Notes: generated by a model not told the origin, from the sequence alone. A stretch of 57,828 nt of DNA, filler included, from Sphacelaria rigidula (GCA_964200075.2; 9 parts of 9 records of this genome joined end to end with filler, not necessarily neighbours in it), one strand, 5' to 3'. Counted from the whole stretch's first letter, positions 13,741-25,748 are shown. Numbers and translations: made by a program.

Positions 13741-14372
13741 CCTCCTGTTTACAGGCGACGGCTTAGGTAAGAGGACGGTAAAAGTAAAAAGAGTCGTATT
13801 CCAAATCCCCGTCTCGTGGACGACGAGGGTAGTGAAGTCACGGTGGAGTTTGTGTGAAACAGCAACGTCTATGCGTCGATATGTCAAAATATGATTAATG
13901 ACACTATTCCTGTATGTTTTGGTGTGAAGTAGTAGATACTCCACAACGTGGGTAGCAGCTTCTATTTAGGCTTCTATTATCACCCCCCTCCCTCCTTGTC
14001 CAGGCCGAGGCGCCTGACATGTGCGAACATAGTCCGTTCCAGCCTGTGCTACGGCATTAGTGGGCTGTATTTCGCGACTTGATTTATCATGCATGAATGA
14101 TTGGCCTTTCAGGTGTAGAGATTCTGGAAGGGTTCGCGGCGAACGGATTGTGAATGTGATACCGCTACTAGATACCACCTTTCAGAAATGCACTTCTCCT
14201 TTTTCATCCCCTCCCTCCTCACGAGCCCCTCGCGCATGCACATAGTTCGTTCTCACCACAAACCAGGATCAACAGCAAAATGAGTACATCAGTTGAGGGC
14301 ATGGGAATCACGAGTACGTTCGTCCCCTGCCCTTCCCTGTGTTGGAACAAACTCTGGCCTCAATGATTGCAG

Positions 14373-14486
14373 GAAATATTCCCGCAAAGCTCGGCCCATT
14401 TGGCAGTCACACGCCTGGCGGAGGCGTTTTCGTCGGCCAAGCTACCCGTACGATCCGTGTTCCGCGCTAACGACCCTTCCATGGCG
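14373..14486 (+). CDS. DM10/EF-hand protein, linker exon leading into the first EF-hand
   Basis: tgcag acceptor and GCG|gtgagc donor, 114 nt, phase 0-0. Encodes EIFPQSSAHLAVTRLAEAFSSAKLPVRSVFRANDPSMA: the FP.S motif that follows DM10 in EFHC proteins plus the F..xD start of an EF loop. Not in the ORF track. Confidence 0.75.
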
Positions 14487-16666
14487 GTGAGCTACAGCCG
14501 CAATGTCCAGTGCAAGTGTGATGCGGTGCTGTAACTCGATTGCTTAGTCTATCGGTTCGATCGATCTTAGCACATTGAGTGATCCGCTAGGAATCAAGCC
14601 GTGGGAACATGATACACATACCCATGGTGAATAAACAGAGATGCTCGCTCGCTCAAAATAAAGCCGACAAAGAGGGCAACATGAGCAAGAATGAAGGCAC
14701 AGCAGACCAATCTGCAAAACGAGAAATAGATAGAGAGAGAGATAACGAGAGAAACGAAAGAAAGGAAACAGAAAGAAATGGATGTAAGTAAGGGGAACCA
14801 GGACGACGCTAGCCTAAGATTGAGTACCGTCTCCGCGGCAAAAGAAGAAACCGGCAGGCCTTCTACCGCGTGACTTCAGGTGAGGAGACGGTACGAAAAT
14901 CAGAAAAAAAATGAGAACGAAATGAAGGGGACAAGTTCGTGATATTAGGTTGCGGATAAGTGATTTGGGGACCGCACTATTTTGGGAGGAAGTCTTGCCC
15001 ACAAGCTCTGCAGGGGCGAGGTACAAACACGAAACGGGGGACAAGAGCAAGAGAAGAAGGAGAGATGAAGAAAGAAAAAACAAAAGGGGGGCGGAGAAAC
15101 AAAGGGAGAGGTAGAGAAGAAACGGAAGATGGGCGAGATAAGAAAAGGAAGGCAAGAAGGGACAAAGTTGAATATGTCCAGGAACACCGGTGAGGAAAGT
15201 CGCTGACGTTGCAAGCCAAGGAGAACATCAGCAGCCGGTTTTGAAGACAGAGTTGCTTCCGTTTCTGTGCTACCCCCGCCTCTCCCACCTACCCCTCGCC
15301 ACGGAAGAAGCGGGTCGCTGTCTCTCGACCATTTTCATATTGAATTCCCCGCGAGCTGTTGAACGCTCGTTTCGAGATGATCGGTGGTCAGTCCGCGTCA
15401 GGAGACGATGGCTTTCATGCACTCGGTGCCTTGTGTTTCTCCCACTCTTGTGTGCTGCTGCACAGAACCCACCGCGCACAACGTTCCGCGTTTTTAAAAT
15501 CGAAAAACAATGAAAAGATGGATGCACCATTCTTCAAACGACTTTTTTTGGTGATCGACACGTTGAACAGCGGAGTACAGCACTCTAGTATGGACGGAGA
15601 AAAGAAACGGCATGATATAATAAGCACCGATGTGTCTGTCGTATGAAGGACATGCGAGCAACGGATCGCCACTCTCTCAGCCCGCCGATTATTAGTGAAT
15701 TTCCGGGGACCTGACGTCAGGAATTGCGATGGTACTATCATGACTGCGTTCTAAAACACCCGTACTTGGTTTTTTTTCCCATGGATTTGGATAGCATACT
15801 TGTGCCGTAGGGTATCAAATTTAATGCCAGTCGAATGAATCTTGCTGTCTGCAATGACGTCTCAAACACGTCCGTCGTTAACAAAGATCGGGCTCGAAAA
15901 CCCGCCCCCTTCCCCGCCCCCGCTTGCCACGCAAAAACGTTTCGTTTCTCGTGCTGCCAGTGAAATCAAAATGACTCTGTTCCGGCAGCACTTTCTTCTC
16001 ATCGCCGATGATTTCGTTTCGGCACTTTCTTTCTGGTGTTGTATCGATGATCTTAGGGAAAACTGCGAGATTTCTGGTTTTTCCCTGCGCAAGTTTGCGT
16101 GTGTCGTAGAAAGCAATAATTCCTGAGTTTTTGCCCTTGATACGGACGGTCCAATCCGCCTTTCCTGAGTTTGCCCTGGCCAAAAAAGGAAAAACACTCC
16201 ATGAATACACTATAGCATATGATATAATAAGTCTTTCCTTGGGGCTCAACGACAGCCGAGCCCGCTGCGGCCGTTACAGGCCCGCCGATCAAGTGAATAG
16301 ATGCCCATGCGGGACCGGTGAATCGGGTCTGTTTCAAATTCTATCGACGCCAAAAGAAATTTACTTCGGCATATGTTGAGCACGGTCGTCGAATCTATAT
16401 ATATCATGATGTCTGTAGTATATCTACATTCATACCGGCAAATGCATGTAAATATATGTGTGTGTGTGTGTGTGTGCTCCACGTGTTGCTTTAGAGTCAG
16501 CGAAACAAACACGACCTTTCAGTAAAGAGCACAAAACACTTTCATTCTTGGTGAGTTTTCCCGTATTTCCCCAACAACACCTCGATATATTCCCGCATCT
16601 CATATTTTGATCTCCCTAAACACCAACCTTTCATGCCCGATTTCCCTCTCCGCCCCCCTTCTTAAC

Positions 16667-16948
16667 AGACAAGATTTTGCGCAATCAGTGCACCCCCACC
16701 GTAGCATTGCTCAGCAGCGGCAGCAGCGGCAGCAAAGGTGTAAATCTTAGAGTTTTATGGGTCAGGAGTGGTGGCGTACTCATTTGTTGCTTGTCTTGGT
16801 CAATAGTCAAACGACTAAGGCAAGCAACAAATGAGTACGCCCCGCCTCCTAACCCCTTAAACCTCTACGATATACACCTTTGTTGCCGCTGCTGCTGCTC
16901 CGGACCAATGCTACGGTACGGGTGCACTTTTTGCGCATAATCTAGTCT
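16667..16948. repeat. ~280-nt imperfect inverted repeat (long hairpin) in an intron of the DM10/EF-hand gene
   Basis: Arms pair by eye from agacaagattttgcgc/gcgcataatctagtct inward to ggcgtactcatttgttgcttg/caagcaacaaatgagtacgcc, with a ~20-nt loop. Confidence 0.9.
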
Positions 16949-17230
16949 AATGCAAGGGCTCCTACAGATTCTAGATGCACAAGAATATGGATCAGGACAT
17001 CCTCGTTTGCAAAATCATTCGGGATATTCCTAGCACATTGGAATAGTAATCTTGGCGTACTCTCACATATATTATTAATCGTGTTATGGATGAGATCAAG
17101 GGCTCCTGAAAATTCCAACCTCAGAAAGTATTTGTACACCCCGACCGTAGCATCACACTGCTCCTGTCATTGTTGTCGACATGCTCGTTGTTGTCGTCAT
17201 GCTCGTCGTTGTCCGGTGGGCCGCGTGCAG

Positions 17231-17335
17231 GGGTCCATGCCAGAGGCGAAGTTCGTGCGTACCCTGAGGCAAATCGAAAAAGAGGCGATCCAAGCGCCGT
17301 CTGCGAAGGCCGGTGCCACGCCCATCTCAAGCGAG
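17231..17335 (+). CDS. DM10/EF-hand protein, exon completing the first EF-hand-like motif
   Basis: tgcag acceptor and GAG|gtgag donor, 105 nt, phase 0-0. GSMPEAKFVRTL completes D-P-S-M-A-G-S-M-P-E-A-K-F when spliced to the previous exon. Confidence 0.72.
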
Positions 17336-18193
17336 GTGAGATCCGAAAAAATAAGCAAAACACAAGGCACACAAAGGAAGAAATTCATGACAACAGCAAA
17401 AAACAAGTGCACGCATGGGAGGACCTCACGAGTGCTGGCTGTTGTCATGAATGTCTTCAGGAAGTACGATCAAGCTTCGCAGACATGTATTGCCTGCAGT
17501 GTATTCAGTTTGTTGGGTGTGCAGCATGACGTTTGAACCGCCACCCATCTCATTGTTGTGTGTTTTGACTTGTGTCTTTATCTTAAGTATGATTCGCTTT
17601 GCATCTCAGGTGCCTGTCTATCGGCCGCGTACTAACTGAGGAACTGGGGCTCGGCCGTGATATTAGCAGAATCTGCGCTGCCACCAGCAATGTTATCTCA
17701 TGACAGCACCGGACAAACCTGACTTCCCAATGTTGTATTGAAACGAAACGAACGGTTTCATAAGGATAACACCATTCAATTAACACTTTACTATCTAATA
17801 CCGATGCCCCGACCCCACTTTCAAAAAGGGGGGTTAGTCCTCTACAGTCGCCAGGGGGATACGTCCACTGCTAAAGTTATTATCAGCACTGACACATCAA
17901 CATACTTGCCATGCCACGCTGCAAGCATCGCCTACTCGTATTGACTACAATGGGTCATGCGGTTCAGCGTATTTCTTTCATCTCGCTACGATCTCTTTGT
18001 CTCCCAAAGCCATAGCAAAAACAGAAGCAAAACCAAAAGCAAAATTCTACGTTTTGCCGTCATCCCGAAAACAGAGCCTGAAAACTCTACTAAGAAACGC
18101 GGCTCCGCTCCCCCTTGAACAACGAAGCTTTTGCAGCTGACAAGATATCAAAAAAGAGCTGGAACATCGATACCAATATTCATGTATATATTC

Positions 18194-18225
<32 letters not shown>

Positions 18226-18381
18226 GTTGAATCAAGAAAAAATACACCGCAAAATGTCGATGCCCGGCTCGCGCAGCATCACAAGTTAACTTCCGAGTCC
18301 CGTCACCACCGTATCATCTATATGTCCATATATGAACAAATGTAACTCTTGTCATGACCCGATAGCATCATGTTCTTCCAG

Positions 18382-18494
18382 GAGCTGATGGAGGTCGTCC
18401 GCGAATTCACGGACGAAGGCCACCCCGGTGCTCGAGGCGAGAACAGAGTGCTATATGATGACTTCGTCGACTTGCTTGTCGTCGCATCCCCGAG
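18382..18494 (+). CDS. DM10/EF-hand protein, second degenerate EF-hand exon
   Basis: ttccag acceptor and AG|gtgcgt donor. (ISSE)ELMEVVREFTDEG...RVLYDDFVDLL is a calmodulin-like helix-loop-helix ending in v.Y.dFv.ll. Confidence 0.72.
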
Positions 18495-19067
18495 GTGCGT
18501 TGGACTGCACTCTATCTTCGTACCGCACAGTAGGTGCTATACGGGAATATCACGCCAAGGGTTGGGAAACACAAACTTGATCTTCTCATACATTGCGATG
18601 TATACTCCGTCGAAAGCTGTGGAGTTGAGATCATGCCATCAGAAACGTTCGGTTGACGGAATCTTCGGGCAGTGCCCAGTCACATTTACGGAAGAAATGG
18701 AGATCGGACTCATTGATCGCCCCCGGTGGTATACCCCGTATAGCACCTACGGAGGGGAACTGACCTGCCGTTCAAATCCTATAGTCCGGTGAGAGGGCAA
18801 TAAATTTGAGCTCAAGTGATATGTTGTTACGTAGGATTTGAAGAGTGTACGTGGTCAAGTGATTTGGAGGTGACCATGCAATTGCTTGTCGTCGTGATTG
18901 CCGTGTCTCTACTGAACTCAAGAAATCTGTGGCCTCCTACTTAACTCAAACGTGGTTGGTGTGGTTACACTAAATTCCCAATATTATCTTTTTCGCCTAG
19001 GACCCCCCGATTTCGGTCATCGGACTCCAAATTTTATGGCGTGAATAGTTGTCAATAGCTACCAGCA

Positions 19068-19211
19068 GACGAAGGAATGGAACCATACGTCTGTGACGGT
19101 TCAAGGGTCAATCAACTAGACCACTGACCAGTCAGCGCTGACTGGTCAGTAGCCTAGTTGATTGTCACTTAAACCGTCACAAACGTTAGTCGTGGGGGTT
19201 CAATCCCCGTC
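19068..19211. repeat. Loopless palindrome of two head-to-head tRNA-like (SINE head-like) sequences
   Basis: Perfect core actgaccagtcagcgctgactggtcagt with imperfect arms 19087-19186. The right arm has A-box-like tagcctagttg and B-box-like ggttcaatcccc. Confidence 0.8.
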
Positions 19212-19339
19212 NNNNNNNNNNNNNNNNNNNNNNNNNNNNNNNNNNNNNNNNNNNNTTAATTAATTAANNNNNNNNNNNNNNNNNNNNNNNNNNNNNNNNN
19301 NNNNNNNNNNNAAGAGCGGGAAAATTGCTTGTATTGGAC

Positions 19340-19560
19340 CCCAAACGATCAATAACACCCTCCTGATGAACGGGGTATCAAATCCGTATCGCCCCGAAAA
19401 CACCAACGCGAGCATTGCAGTCTGAGCGCGGCCGACGCTTTCTCTCTAAATCTACCGGGGCTAGCATTTTCGAGTAGCAGTGAAGAACGTCCCTCCAGAA
19501 AAACTCAGAAAAAAGGACGACTACGAATTGTGAAAACTTCTGACGCCGACTACTATTATG
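19340..19560 (+). repeat. Dispersed repeat; further copies at ~40770-40915 and ~41090-41305
   Basis: Shared caataacaccctcctgat.aacggggtatc...tccgtatcgcccc..aacaccaa...gctagcactttcgagt. Confidence 0.75.
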
Positions 19561-20015
19561 AAAATAATATGCAGTGACATAATGCCAAACGTCTCAGTAA
19601 CTAACAGCACACGCAGAAGTTCGGATTCATCCACCATGATAACCACTTTTGAACAGGAATCCCCCATGAAGGCTAGACTAACCGGTTATCGTCATTTTCC
19701 CGCAACGCCCGTAACTATTGAATCGAGAAATGGGTCACAGCTGTCCATAAATGCCTAGAGTTTGTGGGGTCGATTCAAGTCGGGCTCTTCTTGTTTTCCT
19801 GATTATGTCAACCTGAACCATCCTCGCCTCCGAATTTTTCGATTTAGTGCATCATTCAAGTCAAGACACACGCTCGCGTTGAGGAAACGTCGTATGACTG
19901 GATCTCAGCTCGCCCCATGTATTGAGAAAACCACTCGACTGACTCAATCCATCACAACCGTATTCTCATTCGATGTGTTCGATCAATGTGTGCGATTTTC
20001 ATGCCTTGTTCACAG

Positions 20016-20338
20016 TTGAAAACAGGCCGAGGATCTTCCTGGACAGCGCATCTCCTCGGGGAACCCCATTTCTCAAGAAGGACTTCGGCATTACCCTTTC
20101 TGTTCCTGGCGGGAGCCTTCCCTCGGACATTGGCCCCATAACGGTGGAGGAAACGTTAGAGATGGTATCGTGCGCGAGTTCTGCTGAGGAGAATTTCCTC
20201 GTCATCCGTGTTGTCCACTGCCTGCCAACGCCCATTGACTTCAAGAAGCCGTTGTCGATGGACTTCGTCGTGGACAATAGCCATGTGTCATGGTGGAGCC
20301 GGTCGACCGTGCGGAAGGATGTACTCAGCGACAATAAG
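20016..20338 (+). CDS. Exon encoding a ZU5-like domain
   Basis: cag acceptor (20015, or 20025) and AAG|gtgtgg donor. FGITLSVPGGSLP...IRVVHCLPTPIDFKKPLSMDF resembles the ZU5 pattern G(v/i).l.vP.Gal ... s.vv.c.P....F.kPv.l. Confidence 0.6.
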
Positions 20339-21763
20339 GTGTGGAAATATGTCACCGGGAACAAGTTAAACATTATGTATAGAACAAGCTCTCGCGAGGC
20401 CATATCTGAACCGGAAAGTATTGAAGTTTGACGTGACCATCTATAAATCAGACGGCACGAAGTGAAAATCACCCACGACCGTTTTATAACCGGTTCAGGA
20501 GTAGGACACGTGGAAATAGCACAAGTGACGTGTCGGACACGGGAACAACAGCGGACCACGAATGAACTTGGACGGGTTCTGTTTGCCATGTACGTGGTAT
20601 TAACGATAGCACATCAACGATGCCAGCTTTGACGGTATGCATCAAACGATATAATTATTTTTCGATCATGCGGGAAACGCTTGTGCGCACGTGAAACTTC
20701 GTGCGTACTTAAAGTGCTGAGTTCATATGCAGGACACCACGCTTTGAAAGTTTCAAGTATGTATAGTCCTGCTCTACCCGGGATAAGTTGTTTCGTTCCG
20801 ATGGTTCCCAAACTCGGATAGGGGCGTTTGAAGTCCACGAGAAACCATTACTCGAGGGTTCTTCGTCTATGAAACCACTGATGCAGACCCTATTCTTGAC
20901 TGGGAACTTATCCGTTTCAGATGACCCGTCGTTGTCGGAAGAATGGAAGGGTAATGCGGGTGGATGATAATCGCGTCACATAAACCCCAGCAATCATACC
21001 CAACTCGCCCACTTGTTTTTCGACAACTAAGTCTGATTCAAAGCACAACCGTTCTGGTTTGCGGCACGCGTGCATTATTCGTACATAACAACGCTGCAAA
21101 CCCCATAAAAATCCCAACGCATTTGGTCAAATGAAAATTCTTGATCATCTTTGCGCCGGTTCAGGAACATGACCATGTAAGAAGACGCATGTAACGACCT
21201 TCGCACGAAAAGCATTCGGTTTATCAGGTTGTCGGGTGTATTGGCTGGCATCGAGGAAGCTGCAGCGCACGATGTTGTCTAACACGAGGTCATGAAACTG
21301 CGAAATAAATTACAAGCGTGTCATCAAAGTAATACGGATTTAAGGACAAGCGTCTGCCACCAGCTGGATCAGGCTAAACATAGATTCAGGCTCTCACAGC
21401 CATATTTAGTCGACACAGACGAATGGAGCCGTGATTCGCATCTTGTTGGTCGTTTAGTAGAGGGCAGTGTGCCCATGTGCTCAAAAGCGTCGACCAATTT
21501 GTTTCTCGTTTATCATGCGTCATGTCGAGTGATTAAAACCCGTCTGAAACCCTGAGTGATATATACAGTGGATGCTACCTATTTTCTTGCGAATGTTCCC
21601 TGGAGCACGGGATAATGATGGATACCGTCACTGTCACCTAACTTGTTATCAATCTAGAGATACGGCGCATATAACACGCTGTACTAGATTCATCATGTTA
21701 CGAGCAGAGACGGTAAATGCACGAAGTCTTGATTTCGCGTAGTTGTGCTTTGGAGAATCGCTA

Positions 21764-22180
21764 GAGTATAAAACAACCAACCATCAAAATTGAGGGATTG
21801 AGAGAAAAAAGTTCATTGAGGATGAGGAAGCCCCGGAACGGTGCGCGGAAAGTGCCCAAATAGTTTCCCCCCGAAACTACATCGCAACTCTTTCGGCACC
21901 AGACTGCCAGAGATATGTGGTTTGCACGCGAGGGTGTTTTGTGAATCGGCATCATATTTCCTCAAGAACGACTGGAAATTATGCCAATTCATAAAAGGCC
22001 CACCGCGTGCAAACCACACCTTTCTGGGAACCCGCTCCCGAAAGCGTTGCATAGTATTTTCGCGGAATATATATATATATATATACATATATTGGCACTT
22101 TCGCGCGCCGTTCCGAGGCTGCCTTTTTGTCAAGGAAAAAATGCTCCATCCTCTTTTTTCATAATCGGCTGCTTCTACTT
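21764..22180. mobile_element. Foldback/MITE-like element with long internal inverted arms; related partial copy at 22968-23245
   Basis: ccccggaacggtgcgcggaaagtgcc pairs with ggcactttcgcgcgccgttccgagg, and tgtggtttgcacgcg pairs with cgcgtgcaaaccaca. The core gaatcggcatcat also occurs at ~8163 and ~23027. Confidence 0.65.
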
Positions 22181-22313
22181 GTTAAGACAGTTTTGAGACG
22201 GGACAACTTTGTGCTTTCCATGGCCGCACTTTTGTTTGGGCTTAACTTTCATTTTCGTTCAAGAATGGTCGAGAGCGGTCAAGTCTAGAAACAACTGGCT
22301 GTTCATTCTGGGC

Positions 22314-22418
22314 TTAACCCTTCGACCGTGAGGTTAGTCTTCCGTTGAATCGGCATCAATTTCAAGTGAAAAAAAGTATGCATGATCCAGAAAGACCAAC
22401 CTCGCCGTCTAGGGTTCA
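22314..22418 (+). mobile_element. ~105-bp piggyBac-type MITE (TTAA-CCC...GGG-TTAA)
   Basis: ttaacccttcgaccg...cgtctagggttca. The internal sequence is shared with 24009-24118 (reverse) and 40049-40158. Confidence 0.72.
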
Positions 22419-23375
22419 ACCGTCGTCGGACGAAAATGCAAGTTTGGGCAGAACAAAAGTGCGGAAACTGGAATATGCAAAGAAGTCCTGAAACCGTCTA
22501 AATGAGCACATCTCGTATTTATTCTGATCCGACGGACCGCTCGGAACTAGAAAGCCAGTGCGATCATTTTTCACCAGTCATCAAAATCCAACTCGCCGCT
22601 GATCACAACGGTTCTTAATATTTCGTATTAAAATCGACTGTTGAAAAATGCTGTTGCATTTGTTTTCAGTCAAAATTGAACTCCAAGTTTCAAGAGGGGC
22701 TTTTGTTTGTTTGAAATTCAAAGTGAGGTCCTGTCCTGCATTTGTATAAAATTCCGGCCACCAGGTGTAGGTGACGCAGCCATTTGAATGATCCGTTTGG
22801 ACCCTGAAAAATCGAGTTTCACTCTACTACCCGATGAAATGGTTGTGTTTAGTAGGTACTACCGCTCGAAGGAATAACTCGTGCGAGAATGATTTTACTT
22901 GATTTGGGTGTTCACACCGAGGTTCCGACCTGTAATGGAGGTTGCAGTTCCAATTGCTCTTTCTTTATTAACCCTTTGTGGACCGGACTCCCAGAAAGAT
23001 GTGGTTTGCAAGCAGGTTGTTTTTTGTGATTCGGCATCATTTGTCTTGAAAACGACTGAAATTGATGCCAATTCATGAAAAGCCCCTTCCGTGCAAACCA
23101 CATGTTTCTGGGAGTCCGGTCCCAAAATGGTTGCGAGATATTTTTGGGAAAAAAATAAATATATATAGGCACTATCCGCGCGCCGTTTCGAGGCTCCTTA
23201 TCCTCCATGAAAATTTCCATCCTCAATTTTGATGATCAGCTATTACAACAACAAAAAGAATTTTCAGCTCTCTGAGATTTTTTCTATTGCTTTGTTTTTC
23301 ATTTTCTCGGGGCGTTTTGGTGAAAAACAAACGTTGTTTTTGGCTCGGTCTTCAGAGTTATGATTCGAAATTGTA

Positions 23376-24237
23376 CCTTATCTGGGCCACCGATCGGCCG
23401 AGAACGTACCTTTGCTAGGCCATCGCTCTCTACACTGCACCTGATGCGGCACATCGCGCGCAAGGGAGTCTACGCGCCAACTCCAACCATGGCGCCCACA
23501 CATTCGGCTCTTTTTCCCGCTCATTTGTCGTTCACGGATGCCACAACGACCACGCCCCTTTCTCCCGAGGAATGGTTCCCGAGTCTCTCCGCATCGACAT
23601 AATAACTGTGCTCACAACTTACAGCGCGTCGGTCTGTTGTGATCCCGGGGGTTGTGGAACACCGTACCGTTGCGATCTCGGGGCTGGTGTCGGGGTCAAG
23701 CTAGGCTCTTCCGTCACCAACGGGTGGTTGCCGTATCATCGGTGGTTGGTTCAAGCAAATGATACAGTACTGGCCGTCACGCATATGGAAATTTGGACAG
23801 AACAGTAATAGCATCAAATCAGCGCGCGTCTTCAAATTCACGTAGCACTGCGATCCGACAATGTCTAATCAAACGAAATACCAAACTGTACAGTATTCCT
23901 GCCTTTCTTCGCAGCTTTTGGTCATTCGCACATCTTCCGCGGACACAATCCGACCTTCTCGGCCGTTGGGGATTGCTATGCATGGTCCCGATAGACGTGA
24001 TGGGTGTGTTGACCCTTAAACCGCGAGGATAGTTCATCTGGATCATTACGCATACTTTTTTACGAGTGAAATTGATGCCGATTCAGCACGTGACCTACCG
24101 TCGCGATCAAAGGTTTAACGCGCGTTTGGCTACAAATGTTCTACACCCTGGACGATCCGATATGTTTTCAGTATACAGTGTAGAGAGCGATAGCCTAGCA
24201 CAGGTACGTTCTCGGCCGATCGGTGGCCCAGATAAGG
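23376..24237. mobile_element. Non-autonomous TIR element with ~62-bp TIRs and TA flanks (Tc1/mariner-like); contains the nested piggyBac-type MITE 24009-24118
   Basis: TA|ccttatctgggccaccgatcggccgagaacgtacct...tctctacactg and its reverse complement ending gataagg|TA. Confidence 0.72.
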
Positions 24238-24639
24238 TACGATTGAAAAAGTATTCCTGATCAGGCATACCTGGCCGAAATTTGGCCTCGAAAGGGTAGA
24301 GGTAGATGTCCCAATTAAGGTACGCTTCAGGCACCTGGCGGAAAAAACTCTGGTTTGTGGGAACCACGACACGTGGAACAATGCCCACAGTATCCGGAGA
24401 GAGATAATTTAGTCGTTTATCATTTAAGCGTTTCAAAATTGAAAAATAATCAAACCAAGTTGCAGGAGTAGATGTGGGGTATGGCTCTGTTGGCGTGAAA
24501 AATGCGGCCAAAACACCCCCTGTTTCAATTACGCTACACTTTACGCAGCAGTGGATTTCTCGCCACCTTAGACGCCTTAGACCTTCTCCTTTCATACGAA
24601 TGTTGATGAGATTGGTGCGGTCCGGTTTGAAGAAGAAAA

Positions 24640-25530
24640 TAGAAGAAAAAGACAATGCGGGAATGAAAATCGCCTATCCCCTGGTTTTTGGAACAAATTT
24701 CGCCATCAAGTCGGTGTTTGGCAACGCCGTACTCGACGATTTTTTGTTTTTCATATTTTTTCTTCTTCAATCCATTGAAATACGTTTGGATAGTAATATA
24801 TCAAAGTTTGGTGTTCATCGGTTACGATTAAGGTACTCTATGACGCACGTTGCGTGATGCTCCCTATTCACTTTTTTTCACCAGAAATCGATAATGACTA
24901 CCAAAATGGAACACCTGGGATGTTTCAGACCTTCTGTTTTGGTACAAATATTTATAAGACTGGGAGGATCTGTTTTGAGAAAAACAATAGTAATGCGGAG
25001 ATGAAAATCGCGTATTCCCTAGTTTTCGAAACAACATTGGCCATTGTGTCTGTGATTGGCAACGCCGTACTCGACGAAAACGTTTTTCTTTTTCTTCTTC
25101 ACTAACCCATCGAAATACGGTCTGGCAGTAATATTGTGAAATTTGGTGTTCATGCGTCACGATTAAGGTACCATGACGCACGTTGAGTGATGCCCCCTAA
25201 CCACCAGAAATCGACAATGACTACGGAAACGGAACACCTAGAGGTAGGACGTTTCAGATATTTTCGTTTGACACAAACCTTTACGCATCGCAATGCATCA
25301 CAATGTATCATTTTCCGGCACCAAAGAGGGAAAATAGTCAATTCGGGGACAAAATTGGCCTGTCCCCGGGTTTTCGGGACAAATTCGAGCATTCTTCTCC
25401 GTGCTTGGCAACGCCGAAGTCGACGAACACGTTCGTAAAGCTCTATGCTTTTTCGAGCTACTCAACCGAGAGGAATTAGTTTCGACAATTTCTCGCAAAA
25501 ATTGGTGTTCGACGTATGTGACCGAGTTTC
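24640..25530 (+). repeat. Three diverged ~340-bp tandem units
   Basis: aatgcgg..atgaaaatcgc.tat.ccct.gtttt.gaac...ttggcaacgccg.a.tcgacga recurs at ~24655, ~24992 and ~25340. Confidence 0.7.
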
Positions 25531-25748
25531 AATTAAACACGCTTCCTGCCCCCCCCGCCCCCTGCCCCCCTCTTCGCGAGCCTGGTCCGGCGAAAACCCG
25601 GCGTGCTCCGTCCCGGCTTTGTAGGGATGCGAGGTCAATGGTCTGATGNNNNNNNNNNNNNNNNNNNNNNNNNNNNNNNNNNNNNNNNNNNNTTAATTAA
25701 TTAANNNNNNNNNNNNNNNNNNNNNNNNNNNNNNNNNNNNNNNNNNNN

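Noticed and set aside
14945..15290. Lys/Glu/Arg-rich and Phe/Leu/Ser-rich ORFs
   Set aside because: Translations of a purine-rich low-complexity intron tract.
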